Of a stretch of DNA of 42,882 nt, positions 11,901 to 24,199 are shown piece by piece. The notes beneath the pieces were generated by a model that made no database searches, had not been told where the DNA came from, and saw only the letters and a program-made list of their open reading frames with translations. Made by a program: the position numbers and the translations under genes. The first letter of the stretch is position 1, and each line of letters opens with the position of its first letter. Origin of the DNA: Folioceros fuciformis (lineage: Eukaryota); the NCBI GenBank assembly GCA_049999805.1, contig JBNGIO010005918.1:62475-105356 (forward strand), given 5' to 3'.

Positions 11901-12500
11901 ATATTGAAAACTGTCAACGAAAGTAAGCTACTGCTGTCCTTAAAGCCACCAAAGACGCGCGTACCTGCATACTTCGGCATCCGAGGCACTGGCAGGGGCA
12001 TAAGGCACTAGGTCCACAACCAACAATTGTCCATTTCCAACTAGGGCTAACGACCGCCCGACTCTATTAAGTGTAAGGAAGCGGACCGTAAAAGTCACTG
12101 GCGTGCTCAGTTCAACAGTCTGAAGAACAGAAACTTAAAACACGTGAGACCATTACAGTCAGACACCCTAGGAGGCACAGCAGGACAAGCACAAAAATGT
12201 GCGCGGCTTCGGCAGCGGCCTCACCTTGGCATGTGGTGAGGCAGACAAGCCGGGGATATCCACAGAGGTGGACACAGGACCTGAGTCTTTGATATCAACG
12301 TAATGCAGCCTCTTGTCTGTGGAGTTCCACACATACAGGCGACCCCTCCTGTCACATGCTAACAAATTCAACGGCAGCTTGGACCTGCTACCTGGCCCTC
12401 CAGTCTCCAGTCCCAGAGCAGAAAGCTCTGTAGCTGCCGTCCGGAACACGGCATTTGCCTCTAAACTTTGATGCTCTGCGAGGACCCGATCCACTCCCAT
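8988..12500 (-). CDS. NUP88: Nuclear pore complex protein NUP88 (MOS7 homolog)
   Basis: Exons 12500-12225, 12119-11965, 11836-11708, 11594-11453, 11272-11211, 11108-10877, 10764-9949, 9819-9712, 9591-9342, 9250-8988, all GT-AG. Motifs RILQVAWHPYSDTHLGVLSSDGVFRLFDLS, EQEYHL, FGGEHLWDRFTVF, GSIYCLCPVVPFG, LADEVQP, DSIEGRTILH..KYIEYAHKVHVEL and a C-terminal coiled coil with RPLTVAERQ. Confidence 0.93.
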
Positions 12501-12639
12501 GGCTGCGAGTATCAATAGAGAGCCTCCACTTGTCTTGCTAGGCTAGCCATGCGGCGGTTACGAGTGCATTGGTCGCCAACAGCAAACTGAAGATTTGTCC
12601 TTTGAGAAACAAGGAAGCCACTACCTCAGGAATCGAACA
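12501..12639. promoter_or_regulatory. Very short head-to-head interval, probable bidirectional promoter / 5'UTR region
   Basis: NUP88 ATG at 12500 (-) and the WDR60-like ATG at 12640 (+) are separated by 139 bp. Confidence 0.55.
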
Positions 12640-15386
12640 ATGCGTCGCTCCGGCCTGTTCAATCCCAAGCCGCCAGTACCTACAGTCAACCGAGCAAGCG
12701 CCAAGCCAGCAGCAGCAGCAGACGCTCGCGGGCACCTGAAGGATGTTGCTTCTAAGGCCGCAAAGTCTAGCAAGGTGTGCCAACCTAAACTCAATTAAAG
12801 ACACAGCAACCCACCATGTTGCTCATGTGGATGAGCCACAGGTGCAGCCCATTCAGAAGGCAGCCAGAGTTCCCCTCCGAGGCGAGGACGCCAAGCTCAG
12901 GCTGCAGAGTAAGCTGTCAATAACCCCTGGTCCAGAAAAGCAAGAAGCAGTGATTCAGAAGCCCAAAAGTCCCCTGTACATTGTGGTGCCTGAGACTGAG
13001 GATGATTATGCGGGCGATGAGTTCGAGCGGTACGATGACGATTTCGAGACATATGAGGCGAGCCCCAAGGTGTGTACCAACATGTGGCAGGGACGGAGCC
13101 CAGGCTTGCGTAACTCAGACAATGCCAAGCACTGCGGTGCACAGGAGGAAGTTGCAGAGATTGTACAGGCTACTGAGGCAACCCATAATCTGCTGTACAC
13201 CGAACTGGAAAATGAGTATGCTTCCAAGGAGGTAGCCAAGGAAGAGGCAAAGCTAAAGTTACGGCCAAAGCCTACCTTGGATCACTTGAAACAGATCAGC
13301 TTCAACATTTTCTCTCAAGGTCCCATGAGCTTGCATGACCTCTTTGCAAGTGGCTGTGGGCCTGCAGCACGTCTTGCTGTCGCCGTCACGCAGACATGTG
13401 ACGATGTTTGTACCCGGGACACACAGACTACGAAGGTCAGATTTGTGTGTTGTCCCAATTCTCGTGTGCGGTAAGATTGCACAGCATGAAAACTGCTGGG
13501 ATGGTAACAGGTGGCACAGGTTGACGTTGCTGCCCAAGTGCCCAACGATGGGCCTCACTCCTCTCCAGTTGGGGCCGAGCCGTCTCCTTCAGGGACACAC
13601 TCGAGTACGCAGGAGTTGGTGTCTTGGGCGTGGGAGAAAACGGAAGAGGCACAACGCAGGCAACTGTTGGTGAGTGCTGCACAAGTGATCGGAGGTGGAA
13701 GAGCTATGCAAGCGAAAGTGGTGAGCACGGGAGTCGCTAGGGTTTGGAGTAAGCACGCACCCACCCCTTCATGTGCATGGATGTGCTTGTTGGCAGGAGG
13801 CTACTTGTCTTTCGGAACTGGTGTGCGGACGTGACGGACAAGCAGTTTGTGCTGGTCACGTGGATTTGTGCTGGAAGGAGCGTCTCATGGGACGAACTGT
13901 TTTAGACATATCCCACAAAGCAGGGACATCCCTTGTGCTGTGTGCGTACAGCTGTTCCCCGGACCCAGTCGGGGTGCATGCAATGCAAGGTTGTGTGTGT
14001 GTTTGGGACGTTCTAAAGCCGTTGCAGCCCCAATATGTTCTAGTTTTGGAGGGGACTGCAAATTGTGTAGCGTGGGCACAGCAGCTTGGGAGCGACCAGC
14101 AGCATTTGGTGGCGTGTGGTTCTGATGCTGGTGTAGTTCCCTCTTCCATATTACTTGATTCTGGTGTTGGTGTAGTTGTAATGTATTATTCGGAGGTCAT
14201 GTAATCTATTTTGGCGCGTGGCAGGCAGTGTCTCTCTATGGCAAGTTCAGACTTCCATTTCCGAAGGAGAATCATGGAACAATAACCGTCCGTGTTGGCC
14301 AACATATAGTAGCCACCATCGAGTGGAAGACAATCACCAGGCTCCCATCTGCTCAATTGCGGCTAGGTCAGCCAGTTCACAGATACTGACCGTTGATACT
14401 CTCGGAAACGTCCATCTGTGGGTCACCGTCGAAGTTGGGCCAGAAGAACAGTACAGGAATCATGGTCTCAGGCCTGGTGGTTGCATATGCCTTATGAAGA
14501 CTTCACAAATCAGCGCTTTCCGCGGATTGGAAAGTAATAAATATATTTCCCTTCTCTTGCAGTTTTTCATTCCTCTGCGGTTTGAGGAGGAGGTGGCGAT
14601 CCATGTCTGACCTTTCATTCATTCCTTGCCTTGCCAGGAAAAGGTGGAGGACTGGAGATGCAAGGAACCACCCATTTGAGTCTCTTCCCAAACTGTGCCC
14701 ACCACCTTCTGATAACAACTGACAGAGGTCTGTGTCTCAGAGTAGCGCTTTTCGGCAACCCGGCATCTCCAAGGAAATATTCCAGGGTTCTCGGAGCGTT
14801 TGCATCAGCTCGAGCTATCTGCTCTTCCTTCTCGCCCTTCGTGGACGACTGCTTTTTGGTTGCTTATGGCGATGGGAGCGTGGCGCTTTTCTCTGCCAAC
14901 CAGAGCTCACCTTTGAACTGTTGGGAATCAGCGTGTCCCTGTAACGACAAGATCGTTGGGGTGCAGTGGTCCCTTGCGGTGCCTTTGGTTTTCTTCGTTT
15001 TGCGCGCATCCAATGTGTTGGATCGCTGGGACTTACTTAACAACTCCGTGACCTCGCAGACTTTGACCACTCAGTCCGTGGAAGCTTCTGCTTTTGGGGT
15101 ATTTGGAAATTACTCTCCCGAATTGCATTGTAGCAGTACTGTTCAGGAAGTGTCACACAGGCCTGCAGAACACTTCGTCGTTGTGGGGGACACAGATGGA
15201 ACAGTGCAGGTGCACCTCTTGCTTGCAGATGCATCAATACAGGAAGTTGAAGCTTCAAAGCAAATACTCTGTGAACTCATCAACCAAGGTGAAGGGAGTA
15301 TAACAAGGGGTCGGAACGGAAGGCTATGCTACCAACCTACAGAGGGGCAGCAGCACACAGTGGTCCTTGCGCCATGCCTAAGCTAA
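12640..15386 (+). CDS. WD40-repeat cytoplasmic dynein-2 intermediate chain-like protein (WDR60/DYNC2I1/FAP163-like)
   Basis: Approximate exons 12640-12774, 12842-13069, 13145-13435, 13511-13669 (or 13684), 13797-14130, 14225-14533, 14638-15386. Acidic EDDYAGDEFERYDDDFETYE, then TQT..RDTQT..VAAQVP light-chain-binding-type motifs, then WD40 repeats (VCVWDV..PQYVL, GSVSLW, WPTYSS, GNVHLW, FSPFVDDCFLVAYGDGSVALF, VQWS..FFVL..LDRWDL). This is dynein intermediate chain architecture. Confidence 0.75.
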
Positions 15387-15698
15387 AAACATATCCCTGT
15401 ATGCCTAAGCGACCTTGGGAATCTTGACAAGAGAAATTGGATTGCTCTTGGGTACCAGGGGTGCCAAGGCCAACTTCAAAACGACTGTATTTACAAATCT
15501 ACAGCACGTACACGACAGTTGTAACGAGAACAACATTCTGAGTCTCAACATCTTGTGCACGGATCCTAAAGGTTCAGCCTAGACAGCGAGTTTTCGTTCT
15601 CAAATGAGGTCTCCAACGCCTGCAGTACCAACACAAGAGGAAGATTCAGGGATCTGAGCGATAATCTCGCTTTCGTTTCAGACGTCTATCCTACAGTA

Positions 15699-16356
15699 TC
15701 AACCACATGACAGAACTTTCTCAGAAATCACCTCCACAGCTTGCGCCTGAAAACGCAGCAGCCAAACGGGGAACGAAAAGTAAAACATGTCTTGCGGTAT
15801 GAGTGGAAAGAAGGCAAGAAGCGTTACAGCAGCTAACCTTCGGAGGTGCCATGGGTGCCGCCATCCGGACAGGTCTCCTGTTCCTGAGGAGCAAACCTTT
15901 TGAAATCGGTGACACCAGGGTATCTGTGGGGCTCATGTACCTACACGAAGCAAGGAAGGTTAGCAAACGAAGAGCGAGTTGAGCTCCTGGACACGAGAGG
16001 TTGAGATGGCGAACAAAGTTTTACCTCTCTTGATGCCGCAGAAAATTCTTAGGAGGCAATTGCAAAGCGTTCGGTCTTCTGGCATCCACATCCTTGTTCC
16101 TCTCGGTCAGAACTGGGTTTGCGCGGGGCAAGGGAGGCGTACCCGCTTTCCCGGAAGGCGGAGTTGCAAACTTGTCCTGTGCCAGCAGCGGCAGTTTGTT
16201 GAACACTGGAGTGGCGACCTGCTTGAGCGCAACTCCTGGCGACTCCGCCTGCTTCTCCTCCGGCGCTTGCGACTCCTCAACCTCAGGCTTTGTGGCCGTC
16301 TCATGATCGGCTGGAGGCAGGGATTGCTTCACTTCCGGAGTGGCGGGCGCCTCCAT
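15699..16356 (-). CDS. Small Pro/Ser-rich protein with a Spo12-like SPTD-x-L-x-SP motif
   Basis: Exons 16356-16025, 15940-15838 (YMSPTDTLVSPISKGLLLRNRR) and a terminal exon 15746-15699 (AQAVEVISEKVLSCG*). An alternative in-frame terminal exon lies at 15619-15566. Confidence 0.7.
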
Positions 16357-16667
16357 TGCAGCTCTGAGACCAAGCAAAACGGGTGCGTCCGCTTCGCAAA
16401 GCTTCCTTCCGATGCTCACCAGTTGCTGCAGCTGATGTGAGCGCAGCACCTTCGAGAATGGCAGACTCAAGCTCAGAAATGCAGAGACTCGGCACTGATC
16501 CTGACGGAGTTAGCCATCGCGCACAGTGACCATTGCCTTGACACAGCTACAGAGGAACGTTGAACAACGGTCATATACCACCTTCTTTCGACCGGTATAA
16601 CATTAGAGTACATATTAACAACGCCACAAATATGCCATTGAATTGTGCTTCACGGTACGATGCGTCG

Positions 16668-19600
16668 TCACTGGACTAGCGACACAAGGCGCCGGAAAGA
16701 ACGGCCCCGTTGTCGGAAGGAATTGGCTTCTAGCAAAATCTTTTCTAGAATTTTGACGCATTCCAGCATGCTTGGGCGGTCTGCAGAACTGTCCTTCACG
16801 CACAAACGTGCCAGGTTTGCCAGCTTCAGCGCGCTCCGAACGGAGTAGTCACCCGAGTCTCCCAAGTCCGGATCCAGCATCTTTATCATTTTCTTTCTCG
16901 CCGTCAATGCAGGGAAAGCCTGCAAAAACCTTGGGTTAGACCACTGAGATCCAGGCCTCTGGCAGGGTATGAATGCCAGCAAAATCTGTAGAGCAGTCTC
17001 ATGACCTCACCCAGGACACGATCCCCTGAACTTCGTCTTCGTCGGCGGACACAATTGGAGCCTTGCCAGTGAGGAGTTGGAGGAGGACAACACCGAAGGC
17101 ATACACGTCTGACTTCTTCGTCAGCTGCCCAGTCTGTGCCACCGTCACAGCATCGAGCAATTCAGTGCCAGAACCGTCCCAGCCAGTCGGTCAAGTCACA
17201 TGAAACTCGCCCAACACGCTACGTTGCACACGCCGGGGGGATTAGCGTTGGAGTCACCTACCGCAGTGTACTCGGGATCAAAATACCCAAATGTGCCAAT
17301 CACGCGAGTGCTCACATGAGTCTTTTGGGGACCAGGCATAATTCTGGCCAGTCCAAAGTCAGAGACCTGATGAAGTGAGGAGACAGAGGATTAGATTATG
17401 CACCACCACTCCACAAAAGACACCTTAAGGTCGAGTCGATGCATAGTTCCCTACCCGAGCTTGAAGCCCGCTGTCAAGCAGTATGTTTGATGCCTTGAAG
17501 TCTCGGTGAATGATAGCGGAGCCTAAACCCCCACCTGAGTGCAGGTATTCCAATGCTTTTGCGGCACCATAGGCTATTAGTAATCTCTTTTGCATATCCA
17601 ACTTCTTTCCTGTATCCTTCACTTGCTTCGCTGCAAAGGCAATAGGCTGTTATCGTGAAAACCAGCTGCCGCCTCAGAGCAAATCAGCTCACATTCTTCC
17701 CCGCAGCTGATCACATGCTGGTAGCAACAGTACCTAGCATTTTCACCCCAACCCAGTCACCACATCGACAATCAAAACACTGACCTTCAAAGTAGTCATG
17801 TAGAGACCCGTTTTGCATGTACTCGTACACGATAAGTCTGTGTCTGCTATCTGCACAATAGCCTAGCAACCTGACAAGGTTCGGATGACACAAGCGACTC
17901 AGCATGTCGACTTCTACCCTGAACTCCCTTTCCCCTTGTGCTCCACAAAGTTCTTCGTCCATCTGTTTTATAGCAACCACCTGAATTTGACCAACCCGGT
18001 TGAAGAGGTTACATAGGCAGGCAAAGTCTCGCGACTTTGTCGACGCAGCAAATGAAAATTAGCCACTCGCTCCACAACGAAGAACCTGGAATGACCTTTC
18101 CACTAGCAAGCATCGCACGATAAACCCGACCAAAGCCTCCCTCCCCTATTTGATGCTTCCCGTCGAAACCGTTGGAAGCAAACTGGAGTTCCCGGTAAGT
18201 GAAAATCTGTCCCGAAATGGGGACCATGAAACGGCCCCCGTAACCCATTTCTACAGAGGGATCTGAACTTGCTGGGCCAGCCTCTCGCCTCAACCCTGAA
18301 AGGATCAGCAATGAGGTTCCCGTGACAGAGGGATGCGGCATTTCGTCACAAACTCTCATAAAAGGCGTCACGACAATAAGGGCTTGTGAGGGACTGAATT
18401 TCCTTTCAGACACAATCCACATTGATGACGGCAAGACAAACATCAAAGAATAGCGGCGCACAAGCTTACATGAGGAATCCTCGTCGGACTTGTTATTTTG
18501 CCATCTTTTATACGCCAACACAGCACCTAGACCTACGCACACACACAGGAGTACTGTGGAGGCCAGGGTAACTCCAACGACTGCTCCCACACTCAGCCTT
18601 GCATCCGGGAATGGCGGAGAACCAGGAGGATGTAGAGAAGAAAAGCATGGAATCCATTGTGGAAGATAGTTGCACAACGCGTCTGGGCGAGAGCTGCAAT
18701 TGTACCAAATCACTGGCTGTCAATGTTTGTGGGCAGCATGTGGTACAGGAAAGAGACGGGTCCACAGACACATTCTGATACAAAAGGTCGATCAAGCTTA
18801 AGAAACGAGTGAACCTGTTCTGAACCAAATTTTGTAGTGGCGGAGGAGCCCGCAATCCATTAGGGAGGGACCTGGAATCAACAACAGGACAATCAAAGAC
18901 CAGATAATAAATTACACTTGCTGGACACAACCTCAACGCAAGGAACCACAACCAGCTTACAAGTACTTAAGAGATGGGGATATGTTTTCAAGTGAAGGCA
19001 AATCCTTAGGTCCAAAGTTGGTTCCAGCGAGAACCCTGCAAGACCGACATCGACCAGAGGCCGCCTCTCAATACAAGATTTGTATTCGCAGACTTGACAT
19101 GACGCACGCAATCTGCGATACGAACCTTGCAAGGTTCAAGTGCTCAAGGACTTACAGAACTTGCAGCAATGGACGGCTCCATAGATCTTTGGGTAATCCC
19201 CCGACCAAAAAGCTACCTTCCAAATCTCTGTTGAAGTACCATCAAAGGGGTCATCAGACCCAATAGCATAGAGTCCACCAAGAAATCAGCGACTAAGACA
19301 CCGAACTGGTAAACCATATTGCTAGGCAGAACACATTAAGACCCAGGACAGTTCAACCACGCACAAAAATCTGAGGAAAATGGAAACACTACTCACAGGA
19401 GTCCTTCATGACACCAGTACACACAGATCTCTGCTTCATGAAACCACTACATATACCGCAAAATAGAGGAATCTGTAGATGATATAAAACGTGTGAATTC
19501 AGAGCAAAATATAGAATTGCATGTTAGCATTCATCTTACATTGCTAAGATCTCCAGCAGCTGATCGGCACCATCAGAAAACTGTACTTTGCAACCATTTT

Positions 19601-20745
19601 TCCCTAAAAGCCTGCATAGGACAGTTTCAACAGGCTATGCTTAGACTGGGTCGACGAGAGGCAGTTCTTGGGCACAGTTCAAGATCGTGTATTAGTCAAA
19701 TGTAGACCCAAATGAAGCCAAGACACACAGTTCGAAGACCGCGTTGGTAGCTCACAGGTATTGGAGAAATTTTAGCTTAGAGAAGTTGAGATCAAAGGCG
19801 TCAAACTTGTTGGAAGTTAAGGACCTGCGCAAAGGCATGTGTCATCGCAAAATTACACGTCATATTGGCTACTCACGCATTACATGAAGCCGCATTACAA
19901 AGCGTTTAAGCAGCAGACTACTCACAGAACTTGCAGATTTTGTAGTCTGACCAGGTAATCACTTGGTAGACTGCCTGAGAAAGAGTTGTACGAAAGATCC
20001 CTGCGGGAACAAATGCTGTCAGACCTGTAGTTTATAGAACCAGACCTAGAAAGCGGTTTCAGTGCATGTGAATCGGGAGCATTTTTCACACGAGGCCAGT
20101 TGGAGGTGTTCTCACAGTTGTGTCAAGGAGGTGAGCTCGAAAAGGCTTTCTGGAAGTGATCCTGTGAAGCTATTCTGCCCAAGCAGCCTGCCAATATGTC
20201 ATGACGAAGCTTTAGCAACCTTTCGAGAATTCCTATGCATTTCAGTCTCACGTTTAGAAAGCTGCTTCAGGCGGGAGCCAGTTCCAGGTGACAGCACATC
20301 CAAAACATGAGGCATATGCATCCGAATCAATGAGACGCTGTTTAATTGAGCTGGTGCAGTTCAAACTTACAAATGGGTTAAGTTTGGCAGGGCTGAAAAC
20401 AGATCCGAAGGCAGGTCTCCTTTGAGGTTGCGGTTGGTGAGGTTCCTGGCAGAATCATTCCAGTTGCGACTCAATCACATTGCAGGCTGCTCTAACATGT
20501 GCAGTACGATGTATATCTATAAACAGGCGCTCTTACAGGGACACAATGGTGTATTGCTCGCACTTGACGCCATCCCAAGGCATATCAATGTCACAAGGAT
20601 CCGCATTCGCATACCAGGACGGAATATTCCAACCATTGCTGCTCGCAATATCGCGCAGTCGTTTTCCTACTGATCCACATTCACAAGATCCCACCCCATG
20701 ATGAGAGAGCAGGAGCCACAGGCCGCCATACGCAATCATAAGCAT
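16668..20745 (-). CDS. Leucine-rich repeat receptor-like Ser/Thr kinase
   Basis: Signal-peptide-like [17 protein letters not shown]-cap W..ADPC..WDGVKC; roughly 72-nt one-LRR exons ([56 protein letters not shown]); transmembrane [30 protein letters not shown]; kinase motifs [65 protein letters not shown]. Some ectodomain junctions (about 18710-18870) are uncertain. Confidence 0.92.
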
Positions 20746-22987
20746 TGCGTAGCAGGGTAGGGTAGACTGTTTAGTACCTTGCTGGCGAGGGACCTGGGAG
20801 CACACTGCGGGGATGCGAGCCAGCTCAAGCAAAAGAAGAAGAGACAGACAGGCCACTTGCGTCACCGTGGTGCGTACATGAAAGCGGTGAGCCGTCCAAG
20901 GCATTGCAAGCCAAAGGAGGCAGGAGTAAACCAGTTCCCAAAGGAAGGCAGCTTGATGGGAAGGCCAAATCCAATCTAATAACACCTGAAGCAGAAGGCG
21001 GTATAGTTGCTGTGTGTCATGAGCTATAAGCAGTGGTGATCTATTCAAAGTCGACAGGACTCGACCAGGAGTTCCAGACCACGTCGCCCCTGGACATCCT
21101 TTTCCTCAGCATGGAAACGAGAAGGTGTGGAACGAATTGGACTGGAAGTGGTGCATGGAAAGAAATCCAGTCCCAGGACCAAAAGTTGCGCAATCAACAT
21201 ACAGAAATCCAAGTCCGGATACAAACCACCCGCAGGGCGGAAAGTCAGGAACTTCTGATAACTGCTGCCAAAAGGCGGTGAATCGTAAGCAGCAGCAGCT
21301 CCCAGAGACAAACAGAGAGATTCACAGCATGTTGTACGCTCCCAGTCTAGCTGATGGAATGGAGTTGAGTGGAATGAGGCGACGGAGTCGTGAACGACAA
21401 CGCGGGGCCAGACTTCGCGTCAAGCTGGGCTTGACTTGATCTCGCTTTCTTTGTCCGGACTCCACACTCCGTAAAGGCACCCGCGGTTGAAACCATCAAG
21501 TCAATGCTGAGAGAATCGGGCTCCATGCCACTGAGGGGAGCTTTGAAGAGGTCAAAGCACTGCCGCCTGCGCCATTGTTAAAGCTTAATTAGTATGATGC
21601 GGTCACGGTGAGTTCGTTGATAGTTCGCCGTTATTTACGAGTTCGTTGCGAGCTTTACTGGGAACTCGCCGCTAATTCGTTACCAGTTCACACTGTTAAC
21701 GGTGAGCTCGTTACGGGTTGGCAATTATTCTCATGAACCACTATTTTTTTTTGAAGGGTTAGGAGGGGGTATGAGCAACCTTGAACCGTACATGAACAAA
21801 GGCTCGAAGCTTTCATGCACAAGAACAAGGAACGTTCCATGCCTTGGATTCATCCACTACGACTTGGCTAGCCATAAGCTAGTTGTATCCATAGCTAATC
21901 TTGTTTTCTATGTCCAAAAATTCAAATAGATTTTCTTTGTCAAAAAATCTATGTAGGAAGTCATCGTTTTAAAACTTTTAAGTTTTTTTACATGAAAAAA
22001 GTCTATTTAATTTAAAATTTACTCGATTTTGAGTTTTATTGGATGTAAGACCATCATCAAGTTCGACCAAAATACATACATGTGTTTAGAATTTTTACAG
22101 AACATGCTTAGATTTGTTTACAAAAATAAGTTTTTCACTTCTTAGTCTTGAGACTATATTTACTCTCAATTTCTATTAAATTTGTCTATCACACTTTAAG
22201 ATAATGATGCATTCAATCGCCTAATCATCTTAGAAAATAATTTAACCTTTTTCATAGTTTTTTGGAATTTTTTAAGCTATGCATGTGTTGCGTTTAGAGC
22301 TAACTGGTGCACACAAGCTAGCTTGTTGGAGCCAAATCCTAGCTCTCACAAGTGCGTGCTAGCTAGCTCTGAGTGTACAAATGTGTGCCAGCTTGCTCTT
22401 AGCATGCACAAGTGTGCGCTAACCAATTCTTGGTATATATGAAGAATCAACTGAATAGGTGGGTTTAAAGCCTTACAAACATCAAGAAGACAAAAGGTCA
22501 AAACCTAGAACTAGAATCAAAGAGACCATAGGCCAAATTTTTGCCTTTCGAGGCTAGATTGTTTCTAATTTAAATTATGTATAAGAATGTCAGCAGAACC
22601 GTGGGAGACTTCTTCAACATGGAACTCCCGCGAACATGAAACTCCCGCGCCCGCTCTTGCTTCACTTTTCAGCATTTTCTATAGTTGCTTGAGCTAGTGG
22701 ATGGTTGTGAGACACAATGCTCTACAATTTTTGCAAATCCACTCAACGTTCTTGGATTGCTGGGTGATGGATTCAAGGCCGTTTTTTCCTCCTCGCACTA
22801 CCAACAGTCAAGGGAATAGGTCAGAATGTGCAACACGGTATGTTGCAAGCCCTATGTCTCCGCTTCTCTCTTTGCTGCTCATCTCAGTGTATGGACTGAG
22901 GCCTTATGTGGGTATTAGTGTTTTGCCACATTCACCAGGAATACCAGCATCTACTAGCAACTAGGAAAGCATCCTAACTCAAAACCC

Positions 22988-23168
22988 TAAACCCCCATTT
23001 AGGGTTTAAACTAACCAGTTGGGGTTTAGTTAACTAAGCAGACCAGTAGTAGTTAAGTCAGGATGAAGAGATGCGACTCTACACGAGTCTTGTATAAATG
23101 ATGGGCATGTGCTTAATTAGTCATTAATTCACTCAAGCATTACATAAGTGTACTGGAGCCTTTTCTCA
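22988..23168 (+). repeat. 5' LTR of the copia element (first ~8 nt, including TG, missing)
   Basis: Aligns with 29393-29582 (TAAACCCC..TTTAGGGTTTAAACTAACCAGTTGGGG ... GAGCCTTTTCTCA), ends in CA and is followed directly by the PBS. Confidence 0.9.
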
Positions 23169-23180
23169 TGGTATCAGAGC
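23169..23180 (+). other. Primer-binding site complementary to tRNA-iMet
   Basis: TGGTATCAGAGC immediately after the LTR-terminal CA. Confidence 0.95.
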
Positions 23181-23686
23181 CATGCCTCTGATCCTAACGG
23201 ATTCTATGTTATCTACCCTCTATTCTAGATGCTCGTGGTGAGACATATAACTGGGCACACTACCCAGAAGCCAGCACTTAATATGGCTCCTAGATTTTGT
23301 GCCCGGCATAAACTCACCACGTGCGTTACAAAATCATACTTAGAAAAATGGGTAAAACAAAAGACATAACAAATAACTCTCCACAGCACAGATTTGGCTA
23401 CAAAGAAGATCATGCAATTTAGAGAAAATGCCCAGGCAAGGCTTTACGAAACCCGCATACGATCAGTGGCATTCTTTCCCTCATGAGCGAAATTTCAAAT
23501 TGAAAAATCACAACAAGGCTATCTTCCATCGACCTGCACAGCCATATTGTTTGGTCAGGGAGCAACCTTTTTGTCGCGAGCACTAACCTTGGTACTCCGT
23601 AGGATTTTTCAACTCTAGAAATAGGTTCAAACCACCAATCAGACATCTTCAAAATCAAACCTAAGAAGATCTGACACAAATTGCAG

Positions 23687-23809
23687 CCAAAATTGATTAT
23701 TTAGTTTACCAAATATCTTTCATCCAAGCCAAAATTAATTTTTAGCCAAAATTGATTATTTGGTTTGCCAAATATCTTTCATCCAAGCCAAAATTGATTA
23801 TTTGGTTTC
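23687..23809. repeat. Short tandem duplication (~42 bp, 2-3 copies) in the copia 5' leader
   Basis: GCCAAAATTGATTATTT(A/G)GTTT.CCAAATATCTTTCATCCAA is repeated. Confidence 0.8.
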
Positions 23810-24199
23810 CTAAGATTATCATGGCGCGTGAGACTACACAGGAGGTTACGGCACAATCCTTGCCGTTCACCTCCAAATATCAATCGTTGTGAAGGTTGGA
23901 AGCGTTACCGTCCCTCCTGGGACTCAGGCGTTGCTCACGACGACTCCAACCGTCGTGCCGCGATGTTTTGTTTCTTCGGCGCCCAACCTGTTACAATGTC
24001 AGGGCATCCGTTAAGAGGCATGTTCTCCCTCTCTTGGATCCCCCAACCAATGCTTACCTTTTAAGCTGCCTGAAGTAGAGCGAGTAACCATTCTGGAGGA
24101 CACAGGCCTCACCAAAAATCTTGATCTCCTGTTGAAGCAGCGACTTAACCCGGTTACGCTAACACCGTGGTTAACCACTGCACCACACAAGAGATCACG

